Positions 18,053-26,447 of a stretch of DNA of 64,000 nucleotides are shown here, in pieces. The position numbers and the translations under genes were made by a program. The notes below the pieces were generated by a model. That model saw nothing but the letters and a program-made list of their open reading frames with translations. It had not been told where the DNA came from and did no database searches. Origin of the DNA: Planctomycetota bacterium. GTDB taxonomy: Bacteria > Planctomycetota > B15-G4. Each line of letters starts with the position of its first letter. Positions within the stretch are counted from its first letter, which is position 1. The stretch covers positions 2,583,574-2,647,573 of the forward strand of contig CBDFJQ010000002.1 in assembly GCA_965248575.1 (NCBI GenBank). The letters are read 5' to 3'.

Positions 18053-20269
18053 CTAGAACTCGGCGTAACCGAGTTGGCGCAACAGTTCCGCCTGGCGCGG
18101 CGAAATCTCCCGGCTGGCAGGCTCGTGCAGGGGTTGCAGCAACTGCAGCGCGAGAGGGCGCAGCCGCTCATCCAGCGCCTGGATCCAGGGCGCATCGCTG
18201 CCCAGCAGATTCGTGGCTTCATCCGGGTCGAGGCTGAGGTCGTAGGCCTCCCGGATCTCACCTACCCCCAGCGGATCCCCGGCGGGTGAAACGGTGATGA
18301 GCTTCCGATCCCCATGGATGATCGCCAGGCTCGGCTCCTGCCCGTGACGCACGGTGGCGAGATGAGAGAACACGGGCCGGTCCTTGTCCAGGGAGAGCAA
18401 GGCAGAGCCCAACCACTGGGGGTGCGGCGTCACACCCGCCATCTCGGCGAGAGTCCGGGGCAAGTCCACCAGCGAGGCCGCGTGTTCAACATCACCGGCC
18501 AAGACTCCCGGCCCCCGCACGAGCAAGGGCACGCGCACGATCTCGTCCCAGACGCCTGTGCCGTGACCCAGCACACGGTGTTCGAAGAAGGCCTCGCCAT
18601 GGTCGCTGGTAAACACCAGATAGCCATCCTCCCCGAAGCCCGTGCGGTCCAGGATCTCCAGGAAGCCCGCGAACGCCCGGTCGAGGTCCACAACACCACC
18701 GCGGTAAAGGTCCAGATACTGGGCGACGGCCCGCTGCACCTCAACCGGCAAGGCCTGCTCTGGTGGCAGGTCCAATGTGCTCGCCCGGATGCGATGCAGC
18801 AGATCGTCTTCGTCGCCGCTCAGGTCGAGGCGACCGCGCTGCTGCTTACGTGTTTCGGGCGTGACCCGGTAGGGCGTGTGCGTCGCGTAGGTCTGCACGA
18901 ACAAGAACGTCGGGCGCCCGTCGTCTGCCTCCAGGAAGGCCTCCGCGCGTTTCAGGGTCTCCTCTACGCCGGCACCGCGCTGGTCCCACCACGAGAAGCC
19001 CTGATCGAGGCCTGCGTCGTGCGTCACGATGACACCGTCGGTGATGGCCCCCGTGCGGTATCCGGCTTCTGTCAGCAACTCCGCGATGGTCAAGGCCTCG
19101 TCCGCCAACCCGAAGCTGGTGTCCACAGCGTAGTGCTGCAGGGGGAACATGCCCGAGAACAGTGAAGCGTGGGCGGGCAGCGTCCACGAAGCAGGGGACC
19201 AGGTGTCCAGGAATCGACGGCAGCCCTGCGCGAAGCGGTCGATGTTCGGGGTGAGGCCCAGCGTGCTGCCATAGGCCGCGAGATTGTCCGCGCGAAAGGT
19301 ATCCGCCAGGAAGACGATGATGTCCGGAGGCTCAGCTGAAGCAGTGTCGCTAGGCGCCCCTGTCGGCAGAGGCACCAGCACAGGCGAAAGGAAGGCCGTG
19401 AGCGCAGGCGGCCCCGTCACGGAGAACACGAGCGAACCTTGGGTACCTGCTGGCAAGTCCAGCGCCTGCCAGTCCGCCGCTCCCATCTCCCCCGCTGGCT
19501 GGGCGTGCGTAAAAAGCTCCGCCCCGTCCAGCTCCACCTTGAACACGACTTCGCTTCCCGCCTCAGCCAACAGCACTCCAGCTTGCGAAACAGTGCAGAA
19601 GCGGAGGCTGGTGGCCTGTTGGATGTCGACAGGCACCCCCACCCGGGAACCCGGCACCACGGGCAGGCCATCCCCCGCAAACCGGCGCTGCTCCACGCGC
19701 CAGATGTCGCCTTGCTTCCGAGCCACACGGACAAAGACCCGGTGCCGCAGGACCGGCAGCTCCTGATCGGGTTCCAGCACGACGAAGAGTTTTCTCTGGG
19801 TCTGGAAGAACGAGCCGGCGACCGCTCGACCAGGTCGCAACTCGCGCCCACGGAACACCAGCTCCAGCTCATCGGCTTCGAGCCGCATCGGTTTGCCGCC
19901 ATCCGCCGGGACGCCGATGCTCGTCAACAAGGACGGGGCTTCCCACACACCGGGCGTCCCTGTCAGTGTCCACTGCGCGGGATTCAGCGTGCGTTGGACC
20001 CAGAGAGCCTCACCTCCCTCGACAGCCTCCACACGGAGCTCGGGTGCCCCAGGTTGCGTGAGGTGCAGGTTGCGCAAGCTCTGCGCGAAGGCGCCGTCCA
20101 AGCGGCCGGCCTCCTCAGGCGCGATGAGTCGAACGGTCTGCGCTGCTTGCTCGGGCTCGGCGGCTGCTGTGCAAGCCGTCAACAGCCTGAAGAACGCCAG
20201 GAGGCCCAAGGCCCATCCGGCGGTTGGGAAGACGCGGCGTCGGACGAACGACGAACTGGGCATGGTCAC
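18053..20269 (-). CDS. Sulfatase-fold (alkaline-phosphatase superfamily) protein with Thr at the nucleophile position, plus ~300-aa N-terminal domain (paralog 1)
   Basis: The metal-site motif is IIVFLADTFRADNLAAYG. SWTLPAHASLFSG aligns to the sulfatase C-T-P-S-R signature with Thr replacing Cys. The later DHGE motif is also present (VFTSDHGEAF). It carries a signal peptide. Confidence 0.7.
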   Translation of the reverse strand: MTMPSSSFVRRRVFPTAGWALGLLAFFRLLTACTAAAEPEQAAQTVRLIAPEEAGRLDGAFAQSLRNLHLTQPGAPELRVEAVEGGEALWVQRTLNPAQWTLTGTPGVWEAPSLLTSIGVPADGGKPMRLEADELELVFRGRELRPGRAVAGSFFQTQRKLFVVLEPDQELPVLRHRVFVRVARKQGDIWRVEQRRFAGDGLPVVPGSRVGVPVDIQQATSLRFCTVSQAGVLLAEAGSEVVFKVELDGAELFTHAQPAGEMGAADWQALDLPAGTQGSLVFSVTGPPALTAFLSPVLVPLPTGAPSDTASAEPPDIIVFLADTFRADNLAAYGSTLGLTPNIDRFAQGCRRFLDTWSPASWTLPAHASLFSGMFPLQHYAVDTSFGLADEALTIAELLTEAGYRTGAITDGVIVTHDAGLDQGFSWWDQRGAGVEETLKRAEAFLEADDGRPTFLFVQTYATHTPYRVTPETRKQQRGRLDLSGDEDDLLHRIRASTLDLPPEQALPVEVQRAVAQYLDLYRGGVVDLDRAFAGFLEILDRTGFGEDGYLVFTSDHGEAFFEHRVLGHGTGVWDEIVRVPLLVRGPGVLAGDVEHAASLVDLPRTLAEMAGVTPHPQWLGSALLSLDKDRPVFSHLATVRHGQEPSLAIIHGDRKLITVSPAGDPLGVGEIREAYDLSLDPDEATNLLGSDAPWIQALDERLRPLALQLLQPLHEPASREISPRQAELLRQLGYAEF

Positions 20270-20322
20270 AAGGCACCGAAGCCTGGAAGCGGGGGCGCAG
20301 TCTAGCAGCCCGCAGAGGGTCC

Positions 20323-22275
20323 TCAGGAGGCGCTCACCAGACGGACCGGCTGTTCATAGAAGGCCGCGCCACCTCCATCGTCCGTTGGCACGGCGCGGAT
20401 CAGGACATTGGCGCAACGCCCGTCCCTCAACATACCGCCCTTGGCAGCCAGCACGAGGCCCGGGCGGACCTTGTCGTCGTGCAACACCCGCACGTCCAGG
20501 CACCCGACCTCACTCTCCACACGCGCTAGGCTCTCGTGGGCCGGAAGCCCCTCCACCGAAGGGTGCACGCGCACTTCCGGCGGCCCCTCGGTCGGCACCG
20601 ACCACTGCGACGATTGTGCCGCGGGCACGGACATCGCCATGAGCAGGAGCGGAAATTCTGCTGTGCCCTGCGGGGCGGGCGCTGCTGGTTCATGAATGAG
20701 ATTCACACGCCCGCTCGGCGTGGGCACGCGCCGGTCGGCATAGAGCACGTCCGCAGCGAAGGGGTTGCGCACCGGCCCCGCGCGCAGGGCATCCAAACCA
20801 CTGCCAGCCGAGTCGAGTCGTCGGGTCACGCGCCGCTTCCAGGACTCGAGGTCACCCGCGAGGACGTCCTGCAAGCCCAAGCGTTCCGCTAGGGGCTGGA
20901 GGATCTCCAGCTCATGACGACATGTGCCCGGAGGAACCAAGGCCGCTTTCGACTCCCGCAACCAGTGGTTTCCGTAGGCCCCGAGCAGGTCGGAGTCCTC
21001 CAGCAGCGTCAGGGTCGGGAGCACGAGGTCTGCGCAATCGGTGGTGTCGGTGGGATGGGTGTCCACCACCACCGTGAACGGCACCTCCCGAAAGGCTTGG
21101 TGAGTCAGGGTCGCTTCAGGGAGCATCGACACGGGGTTGCCCGCTGTCACCCAGGCCACCTGGACCGGGGGACCCTTTGCGCCCTGTGCTTCCTGGGCCT
21201 CAAGGATCTCGCGGCCCAGGCGGTACTCGGGAAACACGCGCGGCGCCGCGGACTCCCCCTGCACCAGCTCGGAGTCATCGAAGGCCGACCGGCGCCCGAA
21301 GTAGTAGGAAACGCCCCCGCCGGGTACGCCGAGGTTTCCCGAGAGGGCCCCCAAGGCGTCCAGGGACCGCACCGCGGCGGAGCCGTTGCTGCGACGGGTC
21401 AAACCCCACCCCACCAGCAGCGCGCTGGGGGATTTGTTGCCATAGAGATCGGCGAGCTGGCGTAGCTCGCTCTCCGGGACACCCGCATCCTGCGCCCAGA
21501 CCTCGACGGGCCGGGAGTGCACCAGCTCGCGGTACCCATCCCAGTGATCACACCAGTCCGACGCGGACTGATCCTCGAGCCCCTCGTTGAAGAGGTGCCG
21601 TGCCACGCCCATGGCGAGGGCGAAGTCCCCGCCGGGCCGAGGTTGGAGGAAGTGCGTGCAGAGGGCCGCCAATTTCGTGCGCACAGGGTCGACCCCGAGG
21701 ATCAGTGCCCCCTGCTTGCGCGCCTCGTTGAGAACGGGCAAGAGGTGCACGCCGCTGGTGTGGGGGTTCTTGCCCCAGACCAGGATCAGCCGACTGTTCA
21801 GGAGGTCCTGGATGTCATGGCTCTCCGCCTGCCCGAAGTCCTTCTCCTGCGCGTTCTCGCCCGCAGCCGAACACACGTCGCCGCCTTTGACCGTGACCGG
21901 ACCGAACTGCTCGAACAACCGACTGGCCAGGGCCTTGAGGATGCCCAGGGAGCCCCCGCCGCGGTAGTGGAGGATGGACGCCGGGCCAAAGTCCGCTCGC
22001 GCCTCCAGGAGTTTCGCTGCCGCCAGGTCCAGGGCCTCGTCCCAGCCGATGGGCTCCAGCACCCCGTCCCGACGCAGCATGGGCTGGGTGAAGCGCGCGG
22101 GGTCGTTCTGCCGGCTCAGGAAGCGCGAGGTGCGCTCGCACAGGAATCCCCGGGTGATGGGGTCCTCGGGATCGCCTCCCAGGTGAGTCGCCCGGCCCTG
22201 CTCATCGACGGTGACGACGAGAGAGCACGCATCGGGGCAGTCACGATTGCACGCGGTGTGACGAACGTCAGGCAT
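20323..22275 (-). CDS. Molybdopterin (bis-MGD) oxidoreductase, catalytic subunit-like
   Basis: The start was placed at MPDVRHTACNRDCPDACSL, which is the N-terminal 4Fe-4S Cx2Cx3C motif of MopB enzymes. The MopB core and a C-terminal molybdopterin dinucleotide-binding region follow. The 67-aa Gly/Arg-rich N-terminal extension in the ORF track was judged to be upstream read-through. Confidence 0.75.
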   Translation of the reverse strand: MPDVRHTACNRDCPDACSLVVTVDEQGRATHLGGDPEDPITRGFLCERTSRFLSRQNDPARFTQPMLRRDGVLEPIGWDEALDLAAAKLLEARADFGPASILHYRGGGSLGILKALASRLFEQFGPVTVKGGDVCSAAGENAQEKDFGQAESHDIQDLLNSRLILVWGKNPHTSGVHLLPVLNEARKQGALILGVDPVRTKLAALCTHFLQPRPGGDFALAMGVARHLFNEGLEDQSASDWCDHWDGYRELVHSRPVEVWAQDAGVPESELRQLADLYGNKSPSALLVGWGLTRRSNGSAAVRSLDALGALSGNLGVPGGGVSYYFGRRSAFDDSELVQGESAAPRVFPEYRLGREILEAQEAQGAKGPPVQVAWVTAGNPVSMLPEATLTHQAFREVPFTVVVDTHPTDTTDCADLVLPTLTLLEDSDLLGAYGNHWLRESKAALVPPGTCRHELEILQPLAERLGLQDVLAGDLESWKRRVTRRLDSAGSGLDALRAGPVRNPFAADVLYADRRVPTPSGRVNLIHEPAAPAPQGTAEFPLLLMAMSVPAAQSSQWSVPTEGPPEVRVHPSVEGLPAHESLARVESEVGCLDVRVLHDDKVRPGLVLAAKGGMLRDGRCANVLIRAVPTDDGGGAAFYEQPVRLVSAS

Positions 22276-22369
22276 CGGCGCAGCATAGCGTGGACGCTCG
22301 GCCCAGGCACCGGTCCCAGCACCCGCATCCCTTGACCCCCTCCCGGCGGCGCGGGACAGTGCTTCACCT

Positions 22370-23821
22370 GTGACCACTTCGCCCCCCCCACCCCCTCCAG
22401 CCGACCTCGACGCCCTGCTGCTAAGCCTGTCTCGCCGACTGGGTTCGGAGCGTGTGGTGCGCGACCCCTCCGAACTCATCGTCTATGAAGCCGATGGGTC
22501 CACCATGCACAACACGCTGCCCAGCGCTGTGGTCTTCCCCCAGGGCGCCGAGGAGGTGTCCGCCGTGGTGCAGGCTTGCCGAGCCAACGGCGTGCCCTTC
22601 GTCGCTCGCGGCGCGGGCACGGGCCTGTCCGGGGCAGGCATGGCCCTGGACGGCGGCATCGTCGTGGCCCTCAACCGCATGAACCGCATCCTCTCCCTGG
22701 ATGTAGAAGACCGACGTGCCACCGTGGAACCTGGCGTGCGCAACCTGGCAGTGAGCGAGGCGGCGGCGACGCACGGACTGTTCTACGCCCCGGACCCCAG
22801 CAGCCAGGCCGTCTGCACACTGGGCGGCAACGTGGCCCACAACTCCGGCGGCCCTCACACCCTCAAGCACGGGGTGACGGTGAACCACGTGGTCGGCCTC
22901 GAGCTGGTGACCCCGCTCGGTGAGATCGTGCGCATCGGTGGCCCGGACCGCCCGGGCCTCGACCTGCTGGCCCTGCTCACGGGCGCTGAAGGAACCCTGG
23001 GCATCGTGACCGAGGTCGAGCTGCGTCTGTGCCAAACCCCTGAGGGTGTGCGCACGCTGCTGGCCGCCTTCCCTGACATCGAGAGCGCCAGCGAAGCGGT
23101 GTCCGCCCTGATCGCCGGCGGCGTCGTGCCCGCCGCCCTGGAGATGCTCGACGATGTGGTGGTCGGTGCCCTGCAGGCGGCCTTCGGCTTCGAGTTCCCA
23201 AAGGATGCGGGCGCTCTCTTGCTGGTGGAATCGGACGGTCCCGAGCCGGGCCTCGACGAGGAAGCGCTCACCGTAGAGACGCTGTGCAAACGCCACGGAG
23301 CGCTCTCCGTGCGCCGCGCCCAGTCAGCGGACGAACGGGAAGATATCTGGACCGCTCGCAAGAAGGCCTTCGGTGCCCTGGGCCGCGTTGCCCGCCACTA
23401 CTACACCCAGGATGGCGTGATTCCCCGTACCAAGCTGCCCGAGATGCTGCGGCATGTGCGCGAGGTCGCCAGCCGGCACTCGCTGCGCATCGCCAACGTC
23501 TTCCATGCGGGCGACGGCAACCTGCACCCGTGCATCCTGTTCGACGACGATGGTCCCGAGATGAAGAGCACCGTCCTGCAGGCGGGCGCCGAGATCCTGA
23601 AGCACTGCATCGAGCTGGGCGGATCCCTGACGGGCGAACACGGTGTGGGCATGGAGAAGCGCGAGTGGATGCCGCTCATGTTCGAGAAGAGCGATCTCGA
23701 ACTCATGGCGCGCTTGCGCGAGGCCTGGAGCCCCGAGGGCCTGTGCAATCCTGGCAAGGTGCTCCCCACCGGGAGCTCCTGTGGCGAGCTCTCACCTCGC
23801 GCGCGGCAGGCGGCGTTATGA
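22370..23821 (+). CDS. glcD: Glycolate oxidase FAD-linked subunit
   Basis: 483 aa. It has the FAD_binding_4 domain (GAGTGLSGAGMALDGGIVVALNRMNRIL) and the C-terminal FAD-oxidase_C region ending HGVGMEKREWM... It is first in the glcDEF order. Confidence 0.85.
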   Translation: MTTSPPPPPPADLDALLLSLSRRLGSERVVRDPSELIVYEADGSTMHNTLPSAVVFPQGAEEVSAVVQACRANGVPFVARGAGTGLSGAGMALDGGIVVALNRMNRILSLDVEDRRATVEPGVRNLAVSEAAATHGLFYAPDPSSQAVCTLGGNVAHNSGGPHTLKHGVTVNHVVGLELVTPLGEIVRIGGPDRPGLDLLALLTGAEGTLGIVTEVELRLCQTPEGVRTLLAAFPDIESASEAVSALIAGGVVPAALEMLDDVVVGALQAAFGFEFPKDAGALLLVESDGPEPGLDEEALTVETLCKRHGALSVRRAQSADEREDIWTARKKAFGALGRVARHYYTQDGVIPRTKLPEMLRHVREVASRHSLRIANVFHAGDGNLHPCILFDDDGPEMKSTVLQAGAEILKHCIELGGSLTGEHGVGMEKREWMPLMFEKSDLELMARLREAWSPEGLCNPGKVLPTGSSCGELSPRARQAAL

Positions 23822-25131
23822 GCGACGCCAGGGAATCCACGAGCTCGGAACCTGCGAGCCTGCAACCCGTGAGCTTGCAACCGGGCAGCGCAGAGCAGGC
23901 CGCTGACATGTTGCGTGGCGCGGCCGGCAGCGGCCTCAAGCTCATGCCTCAGGGGCGCGGGACGCGCAGCAGCTTGGGCGCCCTTCCGCGAGGTCTGGAC
24001 GCCGTGCTGTCCACGGCACACCTCGACCAGCTGCTGGCCTACGAGCCCGGCGACATGACCTTCACGGCCCAGAGCGGTCTGGGGCTCGCTGAACTCGACG
24101 ACGCCCTGGCCGAGCACGGCCAGTGGTTGCCCCTGCAGTGCTATCGCCGTGCGGGCAGCTTGGGCGGGCTGCTGGCGAGCGCCGCCGACGGCGTGCTGGA
24201 TCTCGGCTTTGGCCGGCCCAGGGACGTCATGCTCGGGGCCCGGGTGGCGCTGGCCGATGGGCTCTTGGCCCGCTCTCGGGGTCGGGTGGTCAAAAACGTC
24301 GCGGGCTACGACATCCCACGGCTGATGACCGGTTCGCACGGCACCCTCGGCGTGCTGCTGGAAGCCTCGCTCAAGGTGCTCCCGCGCCCGGCCCGACACT
24401 CCGCGACGCTGCTGGGCTTTGACAGCCTGGGCGACGCGCTGCTCGCCGCTCGACGCGTGCACGACGGCCCGGACGAACCCAGCTTCCTCAACGTGTTGGG
24501 GGGAGCCTGCGCTCCGCAACTGGCCCTCGGCTTCGATGGCAGCGAGCTGCGCGTGGAAACCTGCCAGCAACGCGCCATCGCTCGTGCCGAGCAGGAGGGG
24601 GCGACCGGTAGACTCCTGCTCGACGAGCAGGCCTGCCTCCGTCTGCGCCGGCGTTTGGACGACCCCATCCACTCCCTGCGCCCGGACGCCGACGCCGACA
24701 GCAATACCGACGCCGAGCCCGATGCCGACCCTGACGCCGACAACGGGCACGCGACCCAGAGCGGTCACGTCCTGGTGCGTTGGAGCGGGCGACCCTCCCA
24801 ACTGGCCCCTTGGCTGGACGCGAGCTGGAGCACCGCTGAAGAGGCGGGGCTGGCCGTGCGCATCGACGCGCGCCCGGCCCTGGGCCTGGCCTTCGTCGGG
24901 CTCTCGAACAAGGGCGATCACGAGACCCTCATGGCCACGACGCGCGCCGTGCTCGCTCAGGCCCGGAGCCAGGCCTCCGCGGTGTTGCTCGACGCTCCCG
25001 ACGCGCTGCGCCAAGAGGCGGACGACGTATGGGGTCCGCCCGGCGACGACCTGCCGCTCATGCAGCGCACACGAGATGCCGTCGACCCCAGCGGCGTCTT
25101 CTCCTGCGGCCGCTTCGTGGGAGGGATGTGA
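23818..25131 (+). CDS. glcE: Glycolate oxidase FAD-binding subunit
   Basis: The ATG overlaps the glcD stop (ATGA). It has an FAD_binding_4-like domain with the GlcE-type motifs VVKNVAGYDIPRLMTGSHGTLGVL. A low-complexity DADADSNTDAEPDADPDAD insert is present. The 615-aa ORF-track version is an in-frame upstream extension. Confidence 0.8.
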   Translation: MSDARESTSSEPASLQPVSLQPGSAEQAADMLRGAAGSGLKLMPQGRGTRSSLGALPRGLDAVLSTAHLDQLLAYEPGDMTFTAQSGLGLAELDDALAEHGQWLPLQCYRRAGSLGGLLASAADGVLDLGFGRPRDVMLGARVALADGLLARSRGRVVKNVAGYDIPRLMTGSHGTLGVLLEASLKVLPRPARHSATLLGFDSLGDALLAARRVHDGPDEPSFLNVLGGACAPQLALGFDGSELRVETCQQRAIARAEQEGATGRLLLDEQACLRLRRRLDDPIHSLRPDADADSNTDAEPDADPDADNGHATQSGHVLVRWSGRPSQLAPWLDASWSTAEEAGLAVRIDARPALGLAFVGLSNKGDHETLMATTRAVLAQARSQASAVLLDAPDALRQEADDVWGPPGDDLPLMQRTRDAVDPSGVFSCGRFVGGM

Positions 25132-26447
25132 TGCAGAGCGAGAGCTCGCCACCCGGTTCACAGGCCACTGCACAGGCCACAGCAGCGGCCCTGCTCAGCG
25201 AACCGGAATGCGTGCACTGTGGCTTCTGCCTCCCGGCCTGTCCCACCTATGACTTGCTGGGCACGGAGATGGACTCGCCCCGCGGCCGGTTGCACACCAT
25301 GCGCGCCCTCGAAACGGGTCGCGTCGCGCCGACGGAATCGCTGGTGAAGCACCTGGACCTGTGCCTGCTGTGCCACTCCTGCGAAACAGCCTGCCCCAGC
25401 GGCGTGCCCTTCGCGCAGCTGATGCAGGAGACGCGCGAGACCTTGGTAGGCAAGTCCGTGCGCCCCCGCTCCCAACGGCTGCTCGATCGCTTGATCACCT
25501 GGGCAGTGGCCCTTCCTCCGGGAGTTCAGCGCGTGGGAATCGTCCTGCTTCAGCTCGCGGAACGGCTCGGGCTTGGGCGGCGCCTGGCCGAAGCCGCCCA
25601 GGGCAGCGGACCCCGTGCCGCCGCCGCAGGGCTGTTGCTGAGCAGCCCGCCCGACGGCGTGTCCCTACCCGATATCACGCCTGCAGTGGGCATCCGAAAA
25701 CAACGAGTCGCCTTGCTCCCGGGATGCGTTGCGCGCTGGACCTTCGGGCGCGTGAACCAACAGACAGCCAGCCTGCTTGCGGCGGCCGGTTGCGAAGTGG
25801 TCGTGCCCCCAGCCAGCCGCTGCTGCGGTGCGCTACACGCCCACGGCGGCCGCACGGGTGAAGCCCTGGCTCTTGCACGACGCAACATCGCCGCCTTTGA
25901 AGAGGTGGGCGAGTTGGACGCCATCCTCGTCAACGCCGCCGGCTGCGGCACGGCCCTCAAGGACTACGGCCGCTTGTTGGCGGACGACCCTCAGTGGGCG
26001 GCGCGGGCCAAGGCCTTCGCAGCCCGCACCTTTGATGCCCTGGAATACCTCGGCCAGCAGGGTGCGGAGGGTGGGCCACGCCTGCCGACACCGCTTCGGG
26101 AAGTGAAGCAGCGGGTGGCCTACCACGACGCCTGTCACCTGGCCCACGGGCAGGGCGTGCGCAACGCACCCCGCGAACTCCTGGAACGCATTCCAGGCCT
26201 GGAGTTGGTTCCCCTGGCCGATGCCGACCGCTGTTGCGGTAGCGCTGGCATCTACAATCTGCTGCACCCCACCGAGGCCAGCGGCATTCTCGATCCGAAA
26301 CTCATGCGCCTGGCTGCCAGCGGGGCGACCATCGTTGCAGCGGCGAACCCGGGCTGCCTCATGCAGCTGGCCGCCGGCGCCCGCCGAGCGGGGCTCGCCA
26401 TCGAGACCCGCCATCCCATCGAGCTCCTGGCCGAGGCCCACCTCTGA
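25131..26447 (+). CDS. glcF: Glycolate oxidase iron-sulfur subunit
   Basis: The start at MQSESSPP overlaps the glcE stop by 1 nt. Two 4Fe-4S ferredoxin motifs are present (CVHCGFCLPACP, CLLCHSCETACP), followed by two CCG (cysteine-rich) domains. Confidence 0.85.
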   Translation: MQSESSPPGSQATAQATAAALLSEPECVHCGFCLPACPTYDLLGTEMDSPRGRLHTMRALETGRVAPTESLVKHLDLCLLCHSCETACPSGVPFAQLMQETRETLVGKSVRPRSQRLLDRLITWAVALPPGVQRVGIVLLQLAERLGLGRRLAEAAQGSGPRAAAAGLLLSSPPDGVSLPDITPAVGIRKQRVALLPGCVARWTFGRVNQQTASLLAAAGCEVVVPPASRCCGALHAHGGRTGEALALARRNIAAFEEVGELDAILVNAAGCGTALKDYGRLLADDPQWAARAKAFAARTFDALEYLGQQGAEGGPRLPTPLREVKQRVAYHDACHLAHGQGVRNAPRELLERIPGLELVPLADADRCCGSAGIYNLLHPTEASGILDPKLMRLAASGATIVAAANPGCLMQLAAGARRAGLAIETRHPIELLAEAHL

